The notes under the pieces are model-generated. The model was not told the origin of the DNA, did no database searches, and worked only from the letters and a program-made list of their open reading frames with translations. DNA of 64,000 nt from Longimicrobiales bacterium (lineage in GTDB: Bacteria; Gemmatimonadota; Gemmatimonadetes; Longimicrobiales; Gaopeijiaceae), in NCBI GenBank assembly GCA_965116905.1, contig OZ220732.1, positions 3,680,001 to 3,744,000 on the forward strand, read 5' to 3'. Below are positions 27,408 through 37,152 of the stretch, piece by piece; within the stretch, counting starts at the first letter, position 1; each line of letters opens with the position of its first letter. The translations under genes were made by a program, and so were the position numbers.

Positions 27408-28942
27408 CAACCCCGCGGCAGCTCCCGGAAGAGGGCGCCGGTGTCCGCTCCCTCCCTCCGCATCCGCGCAACGCGCACGAAGAAGATCGCCGAGGCGACA
27501 GCCATCACGCCGATCCACACCCAGGTGGAGTGGAAGTACCACGCGCTTACGTCGGCGCTCAGGTCCTTGTGGATGTGGACGGCCAGGAAGACGGTGAGCA
27601 GCACGACGCCGGTGGTCCCCGCCACGAGCTGGCCCGCGCGTCCCCTGAGCACCTGCATGCGCGCCGCGTGTTCCGGGTTGCGGCGCGCCAGGTTCAGGAG
27701 CGACAGGCACATCAGGATAAAGTTGACCAGCATCGCGGTGACGAGGATGTCGATCCCGAGGAAGAAATCGCCGGCCAGATGGCTCCCCAGGATGCCCACC
27801 GTCGCCATCAGGCCGCTTGCGAGAAGCGCCGCGTGCGGAGTCCGCCAACGCGCATTCACGCTTGCGACCGCGCGCGGGAAGATCCCGTCCTCGCCCCAGG
27901 CGAACATGAGGCGCGAGACGGCGAGCAGCATGGCGGGCAGGTCGTTGATGAGCGCGACGGCCGCCCCCGCGACAATCGCCACCGTCCAGCCCGTCGGAAG
28001 CAGGTAGCCGAGCAGGCCGGGCGCGGTGAGGTCGCCGAGCTGCGCCTCCTGGGCCACGAAGCTCCACGGGACCGCGTGATAGATCGCGGCCGTGAAGAGG
28101 ATGTAGAAGGCGCCCACCGTGACGACGGCGAGGCAGGTCGCGAGCGGCAGGTTGCGGGCCGGATTGCGGGCCTCGCCACCCGCCTGGGCGATGGAGTCGA
28201 AGCCGATGAAGCTCGAGAAGAGAAGCGCGGCGGCCGCGAGAAACGGGCCGATGCGGAAGGGGGCCGCGGGCTCGGGCGGAACGGCTCGCCCCTCGGTGGC
28301 CATCAGCGCCGCGCCGAAGTCCCCATGATCGAAGAGGAAGCCCGCCACGATGACCACGCTGCCGAGCACGAACATGAGGAACATCATGGGGACGAGCGTG
28401 ACCTGGTACACGCCAAGGCCGCGCACGTTCACCAGCACGAAGGTCCACAGGAACGCGAGCGCGAGGCCAACGCGGATCGGGCCGGTATCGAGCGCAGCCG
28501 CGGTTCCCGCCCATCCCACGGTATCCGCGATGTCCCTCAGGAACGGGATGAGCACGTAGGACACGACGCCAATCGCGATCGACAGCCCGAACCACTGCGA
28601 GAAGCTGGCCACGAACCCCCAGAAGGGGCTGAGCGAGCGGCTCACGTAGATGTAGCTTCCGCCCGCGCGCGGCATGGCCGACGACAGGCTTGCGTAGGCG
28701 AGCGCGGCCACCAGCGCCGGGATCGCGGCGAAGAGGTACGCGGGAAGGACGTGGGGCCCGATCCCGGGCACGTTCCGCTGCAGCATGATCGGGATGATGT
28801 TGATCGCGGCGCCCAGCATCGCGCAGATGCCGGTCGCGGTCAGCCCCAGCAGCCCGAGGCGTCTGCTGAGTCCCGGCGACGGTTGCGCGCCGCTCGTGCC
28901 GCCGTCCGAAGGCTCAGCCGTGCCGGTCGTGGCTCTCTTCAT
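27407..28942 (-). CDS. APC-family permease
   Basis: LSRRLGL, AMPRAGGSY, FIGFD, GEARNP and SRLMFA motifs. Confidence 0.9.
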   Translation of the reverse strand: MKRATTGTAEPSDGGTSGAQPSPGLSRRLGLLGLTATGICAMLGAAINIIPIMLQRNVPGIGPHVLPAYLFAAIPALVAALAYASLSSAMPRAGGSYIYVSRSLSPFWGFVASFSQWFGLSIAIGVVSYVLIPFLRDIADTVGWAGTAAALDTGPIRVGLALAFLWTFVLVNVRGLGVYQVTLVPMMFLMFVLGSVVIVAGFLFDHGDFGAALMATEGRAVPPEPAAPFRIGPFLAAAALLFSSFIGFDSIAQAGGEARNPARNLPLATCLAVVTVGAFYILFTAAIYHAVPWSFVAQEAQLGDLTAPGLLGYLLPTGWTVAIVAGAAVALINDLPAMLLAVSRLMFAWGEDGIFPRAVASVNARWRTPHAALLASGLMATVGILGSHLAGDFFLGIDILVTAMLVNFILMCLSLLNLARRNPEHAARMQVLRGRAGQLVAGTTGVVLLTVFLAVHIHKDLSADVSAWYFHSTWVWIGVMAVASAIFFVRVARMRREGADTGALFRELPRG

Positions 28943-29165
28943 AGCGGATGCGCTCGTGCATCCGGTCCCGGGCCTGACCCGCGTCGCGCTTCCTGGCGGC
29001 GCGCATCGCCATCTCGCGGGTGGTGGAGGACTTGACGCGCGGCAAGGACAGGTGCCGCGCCAGGTTCTCGCTCGCGCACTCCGGGCAGGACGGGGTGCGG
29101 CCGCCGAGCACGAGGCGCTCGAAGTCGAGGCCGCAGTCCTCGCAGGTGTATTCGTAGATGGGCAT
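28914..29165 (-). CDS. FmdB-family zinc ribbon protein
   Basis: MPIYEYTCEDCG...CPECAS pattern. Confidence 0.9.
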   Translation of the reverse strand: MPIYEYTCEDCGLDFERLVLGGRTPSCPECASENLARHLSLPRVKSSTTREMAMRAARKRDAGQARDRMHERIRYEESHDRHG

Positions 29166-29191
29166 GGCTGGAAAGTAAGCGTCGGGCGAGA

Positions 29192-30208
29192 CTAGAACCA
29201 GCCGCGCATGAGCCGCGGCTCGAACTCAAGAAAGCTCGCTGCGACGGTGTCGACGACCACGCGCACCCAGCCGATGTCCGGAGACCCGAAGGTCTCGAGG
29301 CGGGTGAAGTTGGCGTGGACCACGCCCGCGCTGTCGCGGAGCGGCTGGTCGACCCGCTGCTCGTGCGAGTCGCCGTGGATGAACAGCACCGGCCCCGGGA
29401 ACCCCGCCACCTGGTGCTCGAGCGCCGACACAAAGGGTGCGTACGGCTCCGATCCCCAGTCGCCCCACGCACCTCCGCGTTCCAGGGCGACGTTGCCGTG
29501 GGCGACGATCACCACGCCGGCGGCGCTGTCGGCGTGGGCCGCGGCGAAGGTCTCATCCAGCCAGGCCACCGCGGCCTCCGTGCGGCGGACCACTTCGGCG
29601 TCGTGCGCGGCGGTGCGGCCCGGGAAGGCCAGCGTCCCGTTCGCGGATCCGACGATGTGCACCGTGGCGAAAACGAAGCCGCCGCGGCTCCAGCGCGCGT
29701 TCTCGGGGAAACCGGAGTAGTCCGGCGTGCCGGCCTGCGACAGCAGCTGCATCGGACGCCCGCCCAGGCTCCGCTCCGGATGGTCGAAGAAGACGCGCCG
29801 AAGGGCGTCGAGGCGTTCGAGAGGGTCGTGGCCGCCCGGTCCTTCCTCGTGACAGTCGGTCCACTCGTTGTCCCCGGGCGTATACACCACCGGGAGCTCC
29901 AGCGCGTCCAGGAGCGCCCGGCGGTCATGCAGGGCGTCGTCCGTGCAGGGCACCCAGAGGAGGTCCCCGACGTGAATCAGCCAGTCCAGATCGGAGGCCG
30001 CGGCATCCGCGAGCAACCGCCGGTGCCGTCCGTTTTCCCAGAAGAAGTAGGGGCCGTCCCCGTAGACGCCGAACGCGAAAGCGTCCGAGGGCGGCGGCTC
30101 CGCCGCGGGCGGCGTGCAGGCGGCCATGACCACGAGGATGGCTGCTGTTGCTCCGAAGGTGCGCTTCACGCCACGACACCTGCCGTCACTGTCCCGTATC
30201 GCTATCAT
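29192..30208 (-). CDS. Calcineurin-like metallophosphoesterase lipoprotein (start uncertain: 30208 or 30169)
   Basis: GDGPY, HVGD, PGDNEWTDCH and HGDSH motifs; MAAC lipobox. Confidence 0.8.
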   Translation of the reverse strand: MIAIRDSDGRCRGVKRTFGATAAILVVMAACTPPAAEPPPSDAFAFGVYGDGPYFFWENGRHRRLLADAAASDLDWLIHVGDLLWVPCTDDALHDRRALLDALELPVVYTPGDNEWTDCHEEGPGGHDPLERLDALRRVFFDHPERSLGGRPMQLLSQAGTPDYSGFPENARWSRGGFVFATVHIVGSANGTLAFPGRTAAHDAEVVRRTEAAVAWLDETFAAAHADSAAGVVIVAHGNVALERGGAWGDWGSEPYAPFVSALEHQVAGFPGPVLFIHGDSHEQRVDQPLRDSAGVVHANFTRLETFGSPDIGWVRVVVDTVAASFLEFEPRLMRGWF

Positions 30209-30255
30209 GCCCAACCGCCATTTGCCCTTGTGGATCGGCCCGTCGTGGTGCTGCG

Positions 30256-33177
30256 CTAGGACACCCTTCGCTTCACCTCCAGCCCCAGGGTCTTCCCTTT
30301 CAGGATCGCCGGCACGCCTTCCTCCATCCACACGGGCGCCGGCGCGTCCATGAGGTAGTGGTCGAAGAACTGCTGCATGCGGATCGCCCAGTCCTTGCGG
30401 TCGGCCTCGCGGCTCAGCCCATGCCCCTGCCCGTTGTAGTTGAGCATCCACACCGGCTTCTGCAGGCGGCGCATGGCGACGAACATCTCGATCCCCTGGT
30501 ACCAAGGCACCGCGCCGTCCTCGTCGTTGTGCATCATGAGCAAGGGGGTGTGGATCTTGTCGGCGTAGAAGACCGGCGAGTTGTGCAGGTACTCGTTGGT
30601 GGACTCCCACAGCGTACCGCCGATCCGGCTCTGGGTGCGCTCGTACTGGAACATGCGGCTCATGCCGGACTGCCAGCGGATGCCGCCATAGGCGCTGGTC
30701 ATGTTGCTGACCGGCGCGCCCGCCTCGGCCGCGGCGAAGAGGTTCGTCTTGGTGACCATGTACGCGATCTGGTACCCGCCCCAGGAGTGGCCCTGCACGC
30801 CGATCCTGTCCTCCTCGACGAAACCGCGGGCGACGAGACTCAGGACACCGGGCACCACCGCGTCAAGCGCGCTCTCGCCGGGATAGCCGATTTCGTAGGG
30901 GATGTCGGGGATGAAGACGACGTATCCGCGGCTGACGTAGAAGGGCACCGAGACGGAGGAGCCCCCCGGCCGGACCGAGCGGTGCTGGTGGATCCCGTCG
31001 GACATGCGCTCGTAGAAGTACACCATCATCGGGTACTTCTGCGCGGGGTCGAAGTCGTCCGGCGTGAAGAGGATGCCCTGCAGCGGGGTCCCGTCGTTGG
31101 AGTGCCACTCGACGATCTCGGCCGATCCCCAGCGGTAGTCCGCCTGCTGGGGATTGGCGTCGGACATCCTGACCATGTCGGAAAACGCGATGTCGGTGCC
31201 CTCGCCACCGGTCACCCACAGATCCGGGAACTCGCGGAAGTCCTCGCGGGTGATCAGCCAGCGGTCCGCGTCTTCGGCCTTCCCCCGGAAGCGGAAGGTC
31301 TTGTCGGCCATGATGACCGGCTCCGGCGTGGCGGCGCGGTCGGTGCGGCCCCGGTGGAAGCCCGACTGCTTGCCGAGGTAGTGGAAGGCCTGCCAGAGTG
31401 CCTCGCCCTCCGCGATGGCGGGGTCCTCGAAGTCCGTGCGGGCGTACCGGAATCGGGTGCCGGACGCCCGCCCGGCGCCATCGGTGAGATTGGTGGTCTC
31501 GCCGGTGGCGGGCTCGAAGCGCCAGACGTCGTAGCGGTCGTAGAAGAGGAATGCCTCGTCGTCCTCGGTCCAGCCGGCGGAACCGTACGGAGGCGGCAGA
31601 TCCGGGTGATCGTCGAGTTCGTTCCAGACCGCGTGGGGCACGTCCGCGCTGGCCGCAACGGGATCACCGCCGGCAGTCGCGGCGACGACCCAGTGCCGGG
31701 CTTCCCCGTCCCACCATGACATGTAGCCGCCGGCCGGCGACATCGACGCGCCGAAGAAGCCCTTCACCTTTTCGGCGATCCTCCGATGCTCCCCGGTCGC
31801 GATGTCGATCGCGTAGATGTCGTTGTAGCGCCCGTCCCAGGAGATGAGCTGCCGGTACGGCATGTCGGTCGTGCCGATGGCATGTGTGGCGTCGCCCTCG
31901 GCGGCGAAGCGCACGGTGGCAACGTCGGGAGTGCCCAGCTGGACGACCCGGCCGCCGGCAGCGTCGCCGTCCACGTGCACGACTGCCGCATAGGTGCGAT
32001 CGCGCTCCTGGTTCGCCTGGACGAGCTGCATGGGCTGCAGATAGGGATCCTTCCAGTTCCAGATGTCCAGGGCGACCCTGTCCTGGTCCAGCGTGTCGTC
32101 CTCTTCCTCGGGCTCGGGGCGCGGCGCGGTGCCGAAGCGGATTCGTCCGCCGCCGTCCGAGAAGTTCACGTTGCCGTTTTCGCTGACCCACCAGCCTTCG
32201 GGGATCCCGGGCGTGGCCGATCCGGCCATTGACGCGCCCGTCCATTCGGGGGCCGACGCGTGGTACAGGGTGAACGCGGCCTGCTCGGCCTCGTAGTCGT
32301 CGCGGTCGGACAGGAACGCGGTCTGGGCCCCGTCCTCCGAGACGGCCAGCTGCTTGTAGTTGCCCTCGCCCTCCATGACCGCGTGACGCGCAGCGGTCGC
32401 CAGGTCGACGATGAAGACGCCGTCGCCGGATCCATCGCTGGTCGACGTTGCGAAGGCGAGGACCTCGGCGTCTTCGGCGAAGAAGAAGTCGGTGACCTTT
32501 TCGTACCGGATTTCGTCGCCGGTCGCGAGGTTGAGCAGGACCAGTGGCGAACCCTCATCCTTCTCCTTTTCCTCGTCGTCCTCCTCTTCGGCCGCTTCCT
32601 CCTCCGGTTCCGGCTCCGGTTCGGGCTCCGGCGCGGGCTCTTCGGCCTCCTCCTCTTCTTCGGCCTCCCCCTCTTCTTCGGCTTCCTCCTCTTCGACCGG
32701 GACGTAGGCCACCCAGATCCCGCTGCCCGCCACCTTGTGGCTCTCGATGGCGGCCACCGTACGCGCCTGAATCCCGCTGCCTCCTCCACCAAGGGTCACG
32801 ACACCCAGCGAATCCTTCGGCAGCGCATCACCCCTCTTGCCCTCCCGCCTCAGCGAATCCACCACCGCTTCCACCGGCGGCACCTCGTACACCACGAACC
32901 GGGAATCGGAGGTGAATCGTGGGCTCGTTCCCCTCAGCGTCAGCGGCTCGGCCCCTTCGCGCGCGGCGCGGACGGTGAGCACCGGGTCGCCCTCCATGGC
33001 CGTGAGCACGAACACCAGCCAGTCGCCGTCCGGTGACAGCGAGGGGCTGCCGATCGTGTTCCAATGCAGCACGTCCTCGTGGTCCAGGGCGCGCTGCTGC
33101 GCGATGGCCGGGGCGGCGGCCGCGAGGAAGGCGAGGGAGAGGATGAAGGCCATTGTGCGGGCGCGCGCGTGACGCAT
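30256..33177 (-). CDS. S9 prolyl oligopeptidase-family secreted serine peptidase
   Basis: GHSWGG nucleophile, DGAV Asp and GHG His; propeller domain; acidic E/P-rich linker at ~32570-32695. Confidence 0.92.
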   Translation of the reverse strand: MRHARARTMAFILSLAFLAAAAPAIAQQRALDHEDVLHWNTIGSPSLSPDGDWLVFVLTAMEGDPVLTVRAAREGAEPLTLRGTSPRFTSDSRFVVYEVPPVEAVVDSLRREGKRGDALPKDSLGVVTLGGGGSGIQARTVAAIESHKVAGSGIWVAYVPVEEEEAEEEGEAEEEEEAEEPAPEPEPEPEPEEEAAEEEDDEEKEKDEGSPLVLLNLATGDEIRYEKVTDFFFAEDAEVLAFATSTSDGSGDGVFIVDLATAARHAVMEGEGNYKQLAVSEDGAQTAFLSDRDDYEAEQAAFTLYHASAPEWTGASMAGSATPGIPEGWWVSENGNVNFSDGGGRIRFGTAPRPEPEEEDDTLDQDRVALDIWNWKDPYLQPMQLVQANQERDRTYAAVVHVDGDAAGGRVVQLGTPDVATVRFAAEGDATHAIGTTDMPYRQLISWDGRYNDIYAIDIATGEHRRIAEKVKGFFGASMSPAGGYMSWWDGEARHWVVAATAGGDPVAASADVPHAVWNELDDHPDLPPPYGSAGWTEDDEAFLFYDRYDVWRFEPATGETTNLTDGAGRASGTRFRYARTDFEDPAIAEGEALWQAFHYLGKQSGFHRGRTDRAATPEPVIMADKTFRFRGKAEDADRWLITREDFREFPDLWVTGGEGTDIAFSDMVRMSDANPQQADYRWGSAEIVEWHSNDGTPLQGILFTPDDFDPAQKYPMMVYFYERMSDGIHQHRSVRPGGSSVSVPFYVSRGYVVFIPDIPYEIGYPGESALDAVVPGVLSLVARGFVEEDRIGVQGHSWGGYQIAYMVTKTNLFAAAEAGAPVSNMTSAYGGIRWQSGMSRMFQYERTQSRIGGTLWESTNEYLHNSPVFYADKIHTPLLMMHNDEDGAVPWYQGIEMFVAMRRLQKPVWMLNYNGQGHGLSREADRKDWAIRMQQFFDHYLMDAPAPVWMEEGVPAILKGKTLGLEVKRRVS

Positions 33178-33326
33178 GGTGGATTCTCCAGGCTGGAACA
33201 TCGGGGACTTCGCGTCGGAAGAATGGTGTGCCAGCGAAGAAGCTGTGGAGGATCCGGTCGAGCCGCCAGTGTCAGGGGGTCGGGCCGGCGCGCTGGCATG
33301 ACCGCCGTGGCGCGCCGGCCATCGAC

Positions 33327-33692
33327 TCAGTCGCCGCCCGTCCCGAAGACCGAAGCGAGGATGTCCCGGTTGTACCCCACGACAAACGTGGTGCCAACCC
33401 GCATGGCGGGAGCCCGCAGCTTGCCCCAGCGGCTGGTCATCATCGCCGTCAGTTCGCTGTCGGACGGCCGGTCATCGCCGGCGAGGTCCACGCGGACGAC
33501 CTTTTTCCCCTTCGCCACACAGAGCTCGGTCATCCCCTCGAGCAGGGAGGTGGCTTCCCTGGCGGTCACAGGGTTCTTCGACGCGCTTCTCGTTTCAGCC
33601 GCGTCGATTCCGTTCTGCGCAAGAAACTCCTGCGTGCGTTTGCAGCTGGTTCAACCAGGGCGGTGGTAGCGCCATTCAAGGTTGCGGCTCAT
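33327..33692 (-). CDS. ArsC/Spx-like thioredoxin-fold probable selenoprotein (UxxC), Sec at UGA 33651-33653
   Basis: GGAGG RBS and ATG 33692: MSRNLEWRYHRPG-UGA-TSCKRTQEFL, in frame with the 33327..33569 ORF (GKLRAPAMRVG, VGYN). Confidence 0.88.
33615..33650 (-). promoter_or_regulatory. Putative SECIS element of the ArsC-like gene
   Basis: Hairpin CGCAGGA-GUU-UCUUGCG with the loop G 23 nt after the UGA; flanking CUG/CAG pairing. Confidence 0.6.
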
Positions 33693-33734
33693 TGGTGGGT
33701 TCCCTCCGGTTCGCTGTCCATTGGGCCGGTGCTC

Positions 33735-34982
33735 CTACCGGCTCCTCAAGATAAGCTCGCGGACTTCCACGCGCTCCACCCCGAATCCGTCCGTGGACAC
33801 GCCGACGACTTCGCCCCCGCCGACCTCCTCGACCGCGAAGGACGACGGAACCTCGACGCGGCCCAGGTATCGGCCGTCGGCACCGAAGACATCCCAGCGG
33901 AGTGCCGAGGCGCCGCGCTCGCTGTACCGGCGCGCCCAGAGTTCTCCCGTATCGGCGGTGCGCAGATCGGTGTAGGCGGGGAGCGTCTCCGGCAGCGGCA
34001 TTTCCCGGTAGTTTGCAATCATTGTCCGAATGGAAGCCTCGTCCTCGGCGAACGGGTTGCCGGAATTGCGGACATAGGCTTCCAGGTGCTCGTCGGTGCG
34101 CGGCGTCGGGGGTGCGGCAAGCCGGACGATCCTGTCCAACGTGCCGGTGTCGTCGAACACGCTGACCTCGTATCGGGTGCCCGCCGTGACCACGATGCCA
34201 CGGTTCGACCCATTCGCCGATGGCTCCGGCGAGAAGGGCACCCGCAGGAGGTCCAGGGACATGCTGGCGCCGCTGCCGGAAGCCGAGACCGACATCATCA
34301 TGCCCGGGTGGCGGGCGACGGTGTCGATCGGCACACCGTCCAGACGGTACCTGACGAAGTACTCCGGTGGACCCTCGTCTCCTCCGAAGGCCTCTTCAAG
34401 GCTCTCCAGCGGTGACTCCGCATTGCCGGGCATCGTGAGAGACCGCACCCGGCTCAGGAAGGTTGTGGGACCCGCGGGCCCGACGGGTGTAACCATGCCC
34501 ATGCCCCCGACGCCCGCAAGGGTCTCGGTGCCCAGCAGCGTTCCCCGGGAGTCGAATCGTGAAATGCGCTGCTGGCGCCTGTCCGCCGCAACCATGCTCC
34601 CGTCCGCGAGCAGCCACGCCCCGACCAGCGCCTGGAACTCCCCTGGCCCCTCTCCCCGGGCTCCGAAGGAACGCAAATGGCGGCCCTCGGCGTCGAATAC
34701 CCGAACCTCGCCCGCGCCGTTGTCGGCCACGACGAGGTTGCCGGCGCCATCGCGGACAACGCTGACGACACCGTCGAAGAGGAGTTCCTCCGGCCCTTCC
34801 AGGGCGCCGATCGACAGGGACGGCTCGGCCGCGAGTTCGCCGTAGACTGCGCCGGTGGGCAAGCTGGTCACGACGGTGACTCCAGCCGAGTCGACAACCT
34901 CTGCGGCCGGCGCTGCGGATGGCCGGTCGCCGCCACAGCCGGCCAGCGCCAAGGCCGCGATTCCGTGGGCGATGCGTCTCAT
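33735..34982 (-). CDS. Six-bladed beta-propeller lipoprotein
   Basis: MRRIAHGIAALALAGC lipobox; DSAGVTVV, GARGEGPGEF and DGFGVERV motifs. Confidence 0.8.
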   Translation of the reverse strand: MRRIAHGIAALALAGCGGDRPSAAPAAEVVDSAGVTVVTSLPTGAVYGELAAEPSLSIGALEGPEELLFDGVVSVVRDGAGNLVVADNGAGEVRVFDAEGRHLRSFGARGEGPGEFQALVGAWLLADGSMVAADRRQQRISRFDSRGTLLGTETLAGVGGMGMVTPVGPAGPTTFLSRVRSLTMPGNAESPLESLEEAFGGDEGPPEYFVRYRLDGVPIDTVARHPGMMMSVSASGSGASMSLDLLRVPFSPEPSANGSNRGIVVTAGTRYEVSVFDDTGTLDRIVRLAAPPTPRTDEHLEAYVRNSGNPFAEDEASIRTMIANYREMPLPETLPAYTDLRTADTGELWARRYSERGASALRWDVFGADGRYLGRVEVPSSFAVEEVGGGEVVGVSTDGFGVERVEVRELILRSR

Positions 34983-35055
34983 GGCTGCTGTCCTTCCGAT
35001 CCCTGTCCGGGGTCTTGCCGTGGCGGACGCGCCAGGCTTAAGCTCGCCACCACTT

Positions 35056-35088
35056 TGGACACTCCCAAAAACTTGACACTCCGAAAAC
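35056..35088. promoter_or_regulatory. Direct repeat TGGACACTCCCAAAAAC / TTGACACTCCGAAAAC containing a TTGACA -35-like box
   Basis: Lies in the divergent promoter region between the propeller and RidA genes. Confidence 0.4.
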
Positions 35089-35150
35089 GCTTTGGTTGTC
35101 CGTCCTATCCGCGGTCCAGCACCCATACCATACGCGAAAGGCAAGCCCCG

Positions 35151-35687
35151 ATGACTTCGACAACCCAGCTGACTTCGACAATCCCGCCAACCTCCACCAT
35201 GCCGCGCAAGTCCCCGGTTGCGGCCCTGGCCGCCGCGCTCCCCGTTCTGGCCATGGGCTGCGAAGGCGCCGGTACGGCCGGTGAGATGCCGATGCAGGAC
35301 GCCGCGCCTGCCGTGGAGTTCGTCAACGCGCGCTCGGCCGCCGACGGCGACGGGGTGCTGCCATTCAGCGGAGCCGTGTGGGTCGACAACACATTCTACG
35401 TGTCCGGCATGCTCGGGCTCGAGGGGGGCCAGGTTCCGGAGACCGCCGAACAGGAGGCCACCAATGTCCTCGATGGCATCAAGGGCGTCCTGGAGGGCGA
35501 GGGGCTGACGATGGACGATCTGGTGGTGGTTCAGGTGTTCGCCTCCGACGTGGACGACTACGACGCCTTCAACAGCGTCTACCGGACCTACTTCACCGGC
35601 GAGTTCCCGGCCCGCGCGTTCCTCGGTTCGGGGCGGCTCCTGTTCGGAGCCAGGTTCGAGGTGATGGGGACTGCGGTGCGGCGATAG
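35151..35687 (+). CDS. RidA-family protein with lipoprotein signal (alternative start 35199)
   Basis: LAMGC lipobox; PFSGAV, YVSGMLG, FNSVYRTYF, PAR (catalytic Arg) and FEV motifs. Confidence 0.85.
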   Translation: MTSTTQLTSTIPPTSTMPRKSPVAALAAALPVLAMGCEGAGTAGEMPMQDAAPAVEFVNARSAADGDGVLPFSGAVWVDNTFYVSGMLGLEGGQVPETAEQEATNVLDGIKGVLEGEGLTMDDLVVVQVFASDVDDYDAFNSVYRTYFTGEFPARAFLGSGRLLFGARFEVMGTAVRR

Positions 35688-35739
35688 CCGGCCCCGGCAC
35701 CGGGTCGCGCAGGGGGCCCTCACGCCGGAATCAGCCCTG

Positions 35740-37047
35740 CTACCCCAGAATCACGTCGCGGAGCGCCTTGACGCCCTCGACGGCGCGGGCGACGTGCTCC
35801 CTCGTGTTGTACACGTGCGGACACAGCCGGAGCCCACCCGTGCCCGCCCCCGCAATCCCGTGCTCCTCGTACAGGCGGCGGAGCCCCGCGCTGCGATCAC
35901 CCGGCACCTCGATGATGCAGACGCCGCCGGAGAACTCCGGCTCCATCGGAGTCACCAGGGTCATCCCGAGCTCGGCGAGCCCCTGTTTCAGGGTCGTCGC
36001 GAGTTCGCCGATCCGCGCTTCCGTCTCTTGTCCGCCGATCGCGGCGTGGAACTCCGCCGTAGTGCCGACCGCGGCCAGGCAGGCATCGTCCCGCTGACCC
36101 ATTGACTCGAACTTGCGAGCCCCCTTCACGTCGGGGTCGGCGTCGCTGCCCCACCCGGGCGCGACGATGTTGGGCCAGATCTCCGCGATCCGGTCCTCCC
36201 GAACGTAGAGCACGCCCGCTTCCTTCGGGCCCATGAACCACTTGTGGGAGGAGGCGGAATACGAGTCGCAGCCGAGCTCGCGCAGGTCGACGTCGAGCGC
36301 GCCCCAGCTCTGCGCGCCGTCCAGGTGGACGTGGACGCCGCGCGCGTGAGCCGCCTCGACGAGTTCGCGGACGGGAAGCCGCACGCCGCTGACGTTCGAG
36401 ACGTGAGTGATCGCAAGGACGCGCGTCCGGTCGGTCAGGGCCGCGACGAAGGGGTCGATGAGCTCCTGGGCCGAAGCCGGGTGACGCGGCACGGCTACCC
36501 TCTTCACCGTGATCCCGAACCTTGCCGCCCGGACATCCCACGCCACGTTGTTGGTCGGGTGGTTCTGATCCCAGATGACCACCTCGTCACCTGCACTCAG
36601 CGGCACGCCGTTGTTGACCGTATTGTTGGCCTCGCTGGTGTTGCGGACGAGCGCGATCTCGTCGGGGCCGACGCCGAGCTGGGCCGCGACGGCCGCCCGG
36701 GACGCCTCCGTCAGGGTGCGGAACTTTGCGCGGTTGTTGGAGGAGCAGTCGCGGTCGATGTCGCGGGTGAGGTCCTCTACGCGAGCAGCCACGGAGCGGG
36801 GCGACGGGCAGAGGTTGGCCGCGTTCATCGGGACGCGTTCCTCGGTAAACGCGAACTGCGCGCGGACCTGTCCCCAGTAGGACTCGTCGGCTGGCGAGGC
36901 GGGAGCCGTGGGAGGCCACGCGGGACCCTCGGGCGCCGCGCGCGGAGCCATGGGTGGATCGTTCGAGTGCGTGATGGCCGCGGGAAGAACGACCGCTCCG
37001 GCGGCCATGTCGGCGAGGAAGGAGCGGCGGCTGGTTCGACGCTTCAC
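35740..37047 (-). CDS. Tat-exported class V PLP enzyme (CefD / cysteine desulfhydrase-like)
   Basis: SRRSFL Tat motif; RNTSEAN, THVSNVSG, DGAQ, SSHKWFMGP and RLCPHVYN motifs. Confidence 0.85.
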   Translation of the reverse strand: MKRRTSRRSFLADMAAGAVVLPAAITHSNDPPMAPRAAPEGPAWPPTAPASPADESYWGQVRAQFAFTEERVPMNAANLCPSPRSVAARVEDLTRDIDRDCSSNNRAKFRTLTEASRAAVAAQLGVGPDEIALVRNTSEANNTVNNGVPLSAGDEVVIWDQNHPTNNVAWDVRAARFGITVKRVAVPRHPASAQELIDPFVAALTDRTRVLAITHVSNVSGVRLPVRELVEAAHARGVHVHLDGAQSWGALDVDLRELGCDSYSASSHKWFMGPKEAGVLYVREDRIAEIWPNIVAPGWGSDADPDVKGARKFESMGQRDDACLAAVGTTAEFHAAIGGQETEARIGELATTLKQGLAELGMTLVTPMEPEFSGGVCIIEVPGDRSAGLRRLYEEHGIAGAGTGGLRLCPHVYNTREHVARAVEGVKALRDVILG

Positions 37048-37152
37048 GGGACTGCCTCCTGGGACCTGGGCCGAGCGGACGGGTTGCTCTCATCATATCG
37101 GGTCGGCAGCTTCCCTTGCCAGTCTCATGGTGTCCCCAGACAGGAGAGCACG

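Noticed and set aside
32570..32695. Glu/Pro-rich low-complexity tract as a separate element
   Set aside because: It is an in-frame acidic linker within the S9 peptidase.
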